Positions 1 to 4,108 of a stretch of DNA of 4,108 nt are shown here, piece after piece. The stretch comes from a virus (Duplodnaviria; Heunggongvirae; Uroviricota; Caudoviricetes): the IMG/VR virus record IMGVR_UViG_2585427761_000006; one strand, 5' to 3'. The first letter of the stretch is position 1; each line of letters opens with the position of its first letter. The position numbers and the translations under genes are program-made. The notes below the pieces were generated by a model. The model saw only the letters and a program-made list of their open reading frames with translations, was not told the origin of the DNA and searched no databases.

Positions 1-2243
1 TCCTGCTTCTGCATCTCCGTCAGGGTTTTCAGTTCGCCCTGCGCAGTCTGGTATTTCAGCTTCGCCAGCTCTGTATTCTGCCCCGCCAGTGCCAGTTGCT
101 CTTTCTGCTGCTTCAGCAGCCGGGAAAAACTGTCTTCCGCTTTTTCCGTCTCTGATTTTCCACCCCGGGATTTGGGTTTATTCGCCTCGTTATTGCGCCA
201 GGCTTCCAGGGCATTACTGATATAACGTTGTCTCGCCTCCTGATACGGTTCACCCACAAAACCGAGGTCATCCGCCGCATACCCCAGTCGGACACGCTCT
301 TTTTCTTCCCCTTTCAGTCTGGACAGGGCCAGCTCACGCTCTGTTTTTGTCAGGGCACTCTGCTGTTTATCATCCAGAGTGGCCTGTGGCAGCCGTAACG
401 GCACATTCACCAGTCCCTGCCGCTGCTGAAGCAGTTCATTACCCAGCCCCAGCAGACGGTTGAATTCCGTATGCTGACCATTCATAACCAGCATGGACTG
501 GTACACCTTATTCTGCTCTGCCGCCTGCTGACGAATTAACGCCACACGACGGTCTTCCAGCCCGGCAAGCACATCCTGAATGGACTGCGCTTTTTCCTGC
601 ATCTGTGCCAGACGGGACTGCTCAACGGCAAGCTGCTCTGTTGCCTGAGCAAGCCCTTCCGTTACGGTCTTCACCGAGGTCAGATGGTTTATCATGAATC
701 CGTCACCGGTCGTCCAGCCCGGGTTCGCCAGAACATACTGATATCCTGCGATTTTTTCCTGCAGGGATTTCACCCGACTGGCCTGTTCATCAATCAGCCG
801 GTTCTGCTCTGTCAGCGCCGCCCGTGTTCGTCCTTCATTATCTGAGGCTTCAGGCAAAGACATTGACGGCGTTTTATGCGCGATTTCATCTATCGTCAGT
901 GCATACTGGCGCGCAGACTCCCTGGCCTGCTCCTGATTCTGGTACAGCGTGTACCATGCTGCAGCCCCCAGCATCACCAGTCCGGGTACGCCACCAACCA
1001 GCCCCAGCGCACCGCTCATCAGACGTGAGCCCACCGCCGTTGTACTGTTCAGCGCATTCTGGGCGGCGCTTCTGGCAGCAATATTTCTGTTCAGGCGTTC
1101 CTGTGTGGCCGCCAGACGGGCCTCTGCAGCAATCTGCATCTCCGTCCCGCGGGCTGCCGCCACGGCCTGCTGAGCACGGTACACGGCTGCCCTTGCCCGC
1201 GCCGTGGCAATCTGCGTTCCCCTGAACTGTGCTTCCGCCAGTGCAACTTCATTACGTGCAGCCGTCACAAGTCCTGCCGTGGCAGACATCGCTCCGGAGG
1301 CCATATTGCCAAAGTACCGGGCAACCCCGACGGCAACCAGCGCGCCCACGGCTGTTGCCACATTATCAATCTGTCCGGCAACACCGTTCAGCACGCCGGA
1401 GAGCGTTTTCGTCACCCCGCTGGCCTCATTCGCACCACCCACCCAGGCCATAAAGGCGTTTTCCACCTTTGTGATCCCGTCAGAGACCGTTTCCGGCATG
1501 GCCGCGTATTCATCACGCAATACCTCCAGCTGGCTGATTAACGCAGGAACGACTTTATCCGCCGTCAGTTTGCCGTCGTCCGCCATCGCCTTAAGGTCTT
1601 TACGGGCCACGCCCATACCCGCAGCCAGTGCACGTACGATCCGGTCTCCGCTTTCATTGACCGAATTAAATTCCTCACCGCGTAACACACCCTGTGCCAG
1701 CGCCTGGCTGAACTGGGTGATCACCGAGCCCGCCTCTGCCGTACTGGCACCGGAGATTTTCAGCCCCGTGGAAATGGCCTCCGTCACCTTCAGCACATCA
1801 TCAGCACTGTAACCATATTCACGCATTGAGGCTGCCGAGCGGGCAAACAGGGCCGCATTATCTGAAAATGCCGTGCCCGTCCGCTGGCTGATATCCATCA
1901 GCACTTTCTGTGATGACGAAAATTCATCGGATGACTGCGACGCCTGTTTCAGTCGGGCATTCACGGAACTCCATTCATCGGCCAGAGAAATCAGGTGTCC
2001 GGTGGCAAAGGCACCTGCAAATGCCCCCGCCGTTCCGGCAGCTGAAGCGCGGATTTCCGTCAACTGGCTGTTCAGCTCAGCCAGGGCGCGTCGCTGCTCC
2101 CGGGCGACTGCGGCAGCCTGACGCCCGCCATTCTGCAGGGTCCGGTAATATTCACTGCCCATACGGGAAGCCCGCTGGATCTCCGACTGGAATGACTGCG
2201 AATTTGCCGAAATTTTGATAATCAGTTCACGTAACGTCGCCAT
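1..2243 (-). CDS. Phage tail length tape measure protein (lambda gpH-like), N-terminal 747 codons; 3' end lies beyond window position 1
   Basis: ATG at 2243..2241 (minus) preceded by GGAG at 2255..2252 with an 8-nt spacer. Manual reverse-complement translation gives MATLRELIIKISANSQSFQSEIQRASRMGSEYYRTLQNGG... and stays open to the window edge. Frame confirmed independently at 1500..1559 (DKVVPALISQLEVLRDEYAA), 661..720 (NPGWTTGDGFMINHLTS) and 3..59 (KLKYQTAQGELKTLTEMQKQ). Ala/Gln/Glu-rich, coiled-coil-like composition with a hydrophobic Gly/Ala/Leu segment is typical of tape measure proteins. Position directly downstream of G/GT matches lambda gene order. Confidence 0.85.
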   Translation of the reverse strand, partial: MATLRELIIKISANSQSFQSEIQRASRMGSEYYRTLQNGGRQAAAVAREQRRALAELNSQLTEIRASAAGTAGAFAGAFATGHLISLADEWSSVNARLKQASQSSDEFSSSQKVLMDISQRTGTAFSDNAALFARSAASMREYGYSADDVLKVTEAISTGLKISGASTAEAGSVITQFSQALAQGVLRGEEFNSVNESGDRIVRALAAGMGVARKDLKAMADDGKLTADKVVPALISQLEVLRDEYAAMPETVSDGITKVENAFMAWVGGANEASGVTKTLSGVLNGVAGQIDNVATAVGALVAVGVARYFGNMASGAMSATAGLVTAARNEVALAEAQFRGTQIATARARAAVYRAQQAVAAARGTEMQIAAEARLAATQERLNRNIAARSAAQNALNSTTAVGSRLMSGALGLVGGVPGLVMLGAAAWYTLYQNQEQARESARQYALTIDEIAHKTPSMSLPEASDNEGRTRAALTEQNRLIDEQASRVKSLQEKIAGYQYVLANPGWTTGDGFMINHLTSVKTVTEGLAQATEQLAVEQSRLAQMQEKAQSIQDVLAGLEDRRVALIRQQAAEQNKVYQSMLVMNGQHTEFNRLLGLGNELLQQRQGLVNVPLRLPQATLDDKQQSALTKTERELALSRLKGEEKERVRLGYAADDLGFVGEPYQEARQRYISNALEAWRNNEANKPKSRGGKSETEKAEDSFSRLLKQQKEQLALAGQNTELAKLKYQTAQGELKTLTEMQKQ

Positions 2244-2251
2244 TCACCTTT

Positions 2252-2255
2252 CTCC
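2252..2255 (-). promoter_or_regulatory. Shine-Dalgarno (GGAG) for the tape measure gene
   Basis: Minus-strand GGAG 8 nt upstream of ATG 2243. The AAGGTG at 2250..2245 is only 1 nt from the ATG and probably too close to act as the SD. Confidence 0.5.
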
Positions 2256-2259
2256 GGGC

Positions 2260-2281
2260 AAAAAAAACCGCCACAGCGGTT
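2260..2281 (-). terminator. Intrinsic-terminator-like hairpin plus U-tract between GT stop and tape measure start (minus-strand sense)
   Basis: Minus strand reads AACCGC-tgtg-GCGGTT (6-bp stem, 4-nt loop; plus coordinates 2281..2266) followed by a T-run (plus-strand A8 at 2260..2267). It sits between the GT stop (2292..2290) and the SD of the tape measure gene. The stem is short, so termination is probably partial. Confidence 0.4.
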
Positions 2282-2289
2282 CTCATCAT

Positions 2290-2909
2290 TCATGACAGTG
2301 CTGCAAAGCTCAGCGCGTCTTCCAGCGCCGCAAACGGATCCACCTCCGGCTTATCCTCATCCTCGCCCCAGCAGAGCATGGCGCCCTTCAGTGCAACATT
2401 CATCCCCTGTGCCCCAAAAACCGCTTTCACGATCTGTGCATTACGGATATCCCCGCGCTCATCACCCAGCGGGGATACCCTGTCGAACTCCATCCACATC
2501 ATCGCCTCGCTCGCACTCAGGCTGTGCCGCAGTTCGGATAAGGTGCGCCCCAGACGGAGCGCAAGTCGCATCAGAAAGCGAATTTCCGGGCGGGCTACTT
2601 TTTTCTGGCCGACTCTGCATCAGCGATCAGTTCCAGTGCCTGACGCAGCAACCGGGCATGTACCGGACCATAGACGGCCAGCACCTGCTCACGGTCGTCC
2701 GGAGCGAACACCCGCTGCAGATCAGTATCACACAGGACATCGCAGAACAGCGTCACATCCGCTTCCAGGTTACGGCGGGTTTTCGCCACCACCGACAGGG
2801 TATCGTCATCCTCTCCATCACCATTGAGCACTTCCTGCCACAGATACCAGGCCTCTGCCGAAGGCTCCCGCAGCACCACGCTGACATTACCCCATTCCGG
2901 CACCTTCAC
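2290..2909 (-). CDS. Tail assembly chaperone GT fusion (lambda G-T-like), made by programmed -1 ribosomal frameshift at 2598..2604; about 206 aa
   Basis: The 0-frame G ORF ends ...ADAESARKK-TAG with the heptamer A AAA AAG immediately before the stop. The -1 frame from that point is open (KK-VARPEIRFLMRLALRLGRTLSELRHS...ALS) to TGA at 2292..2290. Frame arithmetic: G codon high positions are 2 mod 3, T-frame positions are 0 mod 3, which is a -1 shift on the minus-strand mRNA. A G/GT frameshift between the major tail and tape measure genes is a conserved feature of long-tailed phages. Confidence 0.75.
2595..2909 (-). CDS. Tail assembly chaperone G (lambda gpG-like), 104 aa, GTG start
   Basis: ORF (M)KVPEWGNVSVVLREPSAEAWYLWQEVL...ADAESARKK. 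The N-terminal motif EWGNVSVVLREPSAEA resembles, from memory, lambda gpG (..EHNGVTVTLSELSALQ..). Acidic, short, located between major tail and tape measure genes. The start is uncertain: there is no in-frame ATG, GTG at 2909 is the first start after the in-frame stop at 2993..2991, and the SD is weak. Confidence 0.7.
   Translation of the reverse strand: MKVPEWGNVSVVLREPSAEAWYLWQEVLNGDGEDDDTLSVVAKTRRNLEADVTLFCDVLCDTDLQRVFAPDDREQVLAVYGPVHARLLRQALELIADAESARKK
2598..2604 (-). promoter_or_regulatory. Programmed -1 frameshift slippery heptamer A AAA AAG (X XXY YYZ) at the 3' end of G
   Basis: Minus-strand sequence GCC AGA AAA AAG TAG. It is the same heptamer as the E. coli dnaX frameshift site, and the 0-frame stop lies directly 3' of it. 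The -1 frame continues into the T domain. Confidence 0.7.
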
Positions 2910-2974
2910 CGTTTTATGACGAAACCCCGACAGTCTGGCCAGCGCCAGCGTTTTCAGATCTTTTGCAATAAGCC

Positions 2975-3222
2975 TTATCCGCCCGCACCACTAACCGTCA
3001 CGGTACACGCAACAGACGTAACACTCTGCGCTGTTCTGCAGAATCCGTCACCACGCAGGTATAATCCCCCTTATCACCTGACTGCGTATTGGCTTTACTG
3101 AAAGTGTCAGTAGTCTGCCCCTCAACCGGCTGACCATCCTTCTTCCAGGCGTATTTATAAGGCGGCGTTCCCCCGTTAACACTGACTGACATTGTCAGCA
3201 GCGCACCGGTATTCACGGTAAG
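2975..3222 (-). other. Ig-like domain of the major tail protein; its final beta-strand (2975..3034) is encoded in the -1 frame
   Basis: In-frame part (3222..3031): LTVNTGALLTMSVSVNGGTPPYKYAWKKDGQPVEGQTTDTFSKANTQSGDKGDYTCVVTDSAEQ. The frame with codon highs at 1 mod 3 from 3034 reads TAQSVTSVACTVTVSGAGG then TAA at 2977..2975. This is the canonical Ig G-strand (S-V-T-S...A-x-L/V-T-V) expected right after the YxC strand. Confidence 0.6.
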
Positions 3223-3690
3223 TGTCTTATCCAGATTTTTCACAAACGCCAGCGGTACCACAAAGGACACCGGTTTACCCTTCAGACGAAGTGAAAACGT
3301 TGCAGCCACCACGCCGTTGGTACCGGATGACCAGGTGTGCTGACGCACTTCCGCCAGGAACTTAAAGCCCTTACCGGACGGAAACAGCACCTTAAACGCA
3401 TACAACGCGTCATTGTCATAGGCATCACGCAGGGCGTTCTGGGCCTGATTCAGATAAAAATTACCCGACATGGAAATCTCAGACGACGCCCCCAGACCGT
3501 TGATGTTCTCCTGCTCTGTGGAGCAGAGCGTGGTCACATCAATATCCTGTTTCTGACCGGCGGTGAACTGGACTTCCTTGATGGTGCAGTCCAGGCGCAG
3601 ATATTCCGCCTTATCCATGGTTTCAGCAGTCGCCGGGGCAGATGAAATCATCACCTGCGTCAGCTGTGAACGTTCATACAAAGCAGACAT
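2998..3690 (-). CDS. Major tail (tube) protein with C-terminal Ig-like domain (lambda gpV position), 230 aa as encoded
   Basis: ATG at 3690..3688 with AGGAGG at 3700..3695 (4-nt spacer). Protein MSALYERSQLTQVMISSAPATAETMDKAEY... The C-terminal part TPPYKYAWKKDGQPVEGQTTDTFSKANTQSGDKGDYTCVVTDSA is a recognisable Ig-like module (W...DG...DxGxYTC). Position upstream of G/GT/tape measure fits. The ORF-track version starts 21 codons earlier at a GTG (3753) that crosses the hairpin and SD, which I reject. The C-terminal 15 residues (EQRRVLRLLRVP) look frameshifted; see findings. Confidence 0.85.
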   Translation of the reverse strand: MSALYERSQLTQVMISSAPATAETMDKAEYLRLDCTIKEVQFTAGQKQDIDVTTLCSTEQENINGLGASSEISMSGNFYLNQAQNALRDAYDNDALYAFKVLFPSGKGFKFLAEVRQHTWSSGTNGVVAATFSLRLKGKPVSFVVPLAFVKNLDKTLTVNTGALLTMSVSVNGGTPPYKYAWKKDGQPVEGQTTDTFSKANTQSGDKGDYTCVVTDSAEQRRVLRLLRVP

Positions 3691-4091
3691 TCTGCCTCCT
3701 GATAATAAAAAACCCGCACGCGGCGGGGTATGGTTCTGTAGAAAAAAGTACACCGTGACCTGAAACTCCAGGGTTGCACGGTAACAGCGGTTTTCCGGAA
3801 TATAGTCTGCATTTCACTGACGGATCCCGGGGCCAGCAGCATTATGGCTTCACGGGCGTCCTGACGTATCTGACGCGCCTGCGTCACAGTCCCGGCATAA
3901 ACGTCTATCTGCACCGACACTGAGGACTCCGCCTGCCCGCCCATCACGTCCGCAGACACCGATGAAATCAGGCTGAAAACCACCCACGGAAGCGCCACCG
4001 ACGGCCTGCCATCCAGCAGGGGGACCACATACGGGTACACCTGCCCGCCGGCAAGATGCGCCAGATGAGGATACAAATCCGCCTCCGTCAT
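3660..4091 (-). CDS. Putative tail terminator / tail completion protein (lambda gpU position); 3' end uncertain
   Basis: ATG at 4091..4089 with an in-frame stop 12 nt upstream. Protein MTEADLYPHLAHLAGGQVYPYVVPLLDGRPSVALPWVVFSLISSVSADVMGGQAESSVSVQIDVYAGTVTQARQIRQDAREAIMLL... has a beta-rich small-protein character and sits immediately upstream of the major tail gene. The last ~34 codons (..SFRSRCTFFYRTIPRRVRVFYYQEAECLLCMNVHS) run through the hairpin/U-tract and SD and overlap the major tail gene by 31 nt, and look non-native. Confidence 0.55.
   Translation of the reverse strand: MTEADLYPHLAHLAGGQVYPYVVPLLDGRPSVALPWVVFSLISSVSADVMGGQAESSVSVQIDVYAGTVTQARQIRQDAREAIMLLAPGSVSEMQTIFRKTAVTVQPWSFRSRCTFFYRTIPRRVRVFYYQEAECLLCMNVHS
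3695..3700 (-). promoter_or_regulatory. Shine-Dalgarno (AGGAGG) for the major tail protein gene
   Basis: Minus strand AGGAGGcagaATG. Perfect SD complement, 4-nt spacer. Confidence 0.6.
3707..3727 (-). terminator. Intrinsic-terminator-like hairpin plus U-tract directly upstream of the major tail gene SD (minus-strand sense)
   Basis: Minus strand reads CCCGC-cgcgt-GCGGG (5-bp all-GC stem; plus coordinates 3727..3713) followed by TTTTTT (plus-strand A6 at 3707..3712), then ATTATC, AGGAGG and ATG. The plus-strand sense lacks a T-tract after the stem, so it is orientation-specific. Confidence 0.45.
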
Positions 4092-4108
4092 CGTCTCAGT
4101 ACCTCATC
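4089..4108 (-). CDS. 3' end of an upstream minus-strand gene (head-tail joining region); only the last ~6 codons are in the window
   Basis: Minus strand ...GAT GAG GTA CTG AGA CGA TGA, with the TGA overlapping the ATG of the next gene (ATGA), a classic translational-coupling arrangement. Too short to identify. Confidence 0.25.

Noticed and set aside
113-295. Minus-strand 60-aa ORF
   Set aside because: It lies in an alternative frame wholly inside the tape measure gene (codon phase 1 versus 2) and has an Arg-rich composition. It is a frame artefact.
824-2218. Plus-strand ORFs 824..1225, 949..1173, 1204..1812, 1229..1453, 1873..2121 and 1910..2218
   Set aside because: All lie antisense to the verified tape measure reading frame. 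Their translations are Ala/Pro/Arg/Ser-rich and low-complexity, as expected for the reverse complement of a GC-rich Ala/Gln-rich gene. None has a convincing SD.
2245-2250. AAGGTG as the SD of the tape measure gene
   Set aside because: It is only 1 nt from the ATG, too close for a functional SD. GGAG at 2255..2252 with an 8-nt spacer is the likelier SD.
2935-2942. Palindrome CTGGCCAG and the adjacent CGCTGG direct repeat in the V-G spacer as an operator or terminator
   Set aside because: It is short, has no flanking T-tract on either strand, and is not repeated elsewhere in the window. Likely chance.
3028-3040. Programmed ribosomal frameshift within the major tail gene to make an Ig-domain isoform
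   Set aside because: There is no X XXY YYZ slippery heptamer at the frame junction, and the shift would fall inside the Ig domain between its F and G strands rather than before it. A 1-nt indel is more parsimonious.
2292-3101. Plus-strand 269-aa ORF and the overlapping 2378..2827 ORF
   Set aside because: Antisense to GT, G and the 3' end of the major tail gene. Pro/Arg/His-rich with no domain-like features. The minus-strand genes explain the region fully.
3691-3753. 21-codon N-terminal extension of the major tail ORF from GTG 3753 (ORF-track version MYFFLQNHTPPRAGFLLSGGR-M...)
   Set aside because: The extension is translated from the hairpin/U-tract and the AGGAGG itself. The ATG at 3690 with a perfectly placed SD is the far more plausible start.
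3337-3763. Plus-strand ORFs 3337..3645 and 3563..3763
   Set aside because: Antisense to the major tail protein gene, which has a strong SD, ATG and recognisable Ig-like domain. The plus ORFs lack an SD and look non-protein-like.
1-4108. CRISPR arrays, tRNA/rRNA genes, IS elements or inverted-repeat termini, integrase/att sites
   Set aside because: No direct-repeat/spacer periodicity, no tRNA-like cloverleaf candidates and no terminal inverted repeats were seen. The window is almost entirely coding on one strand.

Overview
The window is a contiguous piece of a lambda-like siphovirus tail-morphogenesis (late) operon, most likely a prophage in an enterobacterial host. Every gene I can support is on the minus strand and is read from high to low coordinates. 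Order: last codons of an upstream gene (4089..4108, ATGA stop/start overlap), a tail-terminator-position gene (3660..4091), a major tail protein with a C-terminal Ig-like domain (2998..3690), tail assembly chaperone G (2595..2909) with its -1 frameshift product GT (2290..2909, slippery A AAA AAG at 2598..2604), and a tape measure protein starting at 2243 and running off the window at position 1 (at least 747 codons; absent from the ORF track because it has no in-window stop). All plus-strand ORFs in the track are antisense artefacts of these genes. I see no rRNA, tRNA, CRISPR array, IS element or cargo gene, and no evidence of a new biological system. Points worth a second look: (1) the last beta-strand of the major tail protein's Ig-like domain lies in the -1 frame, consistent with a 1-nt indel; (2) the G/GT recoding site; (3) two hairpin plus U-tract elements inside the operon, directly upstream of the major tail and tape measure genes; (4) the tail-terminator-position ORF reads through one of these hairpins and 31 nt into the major tail gene. 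All calls rest on manual translation and remembered family features; no database search was possible.
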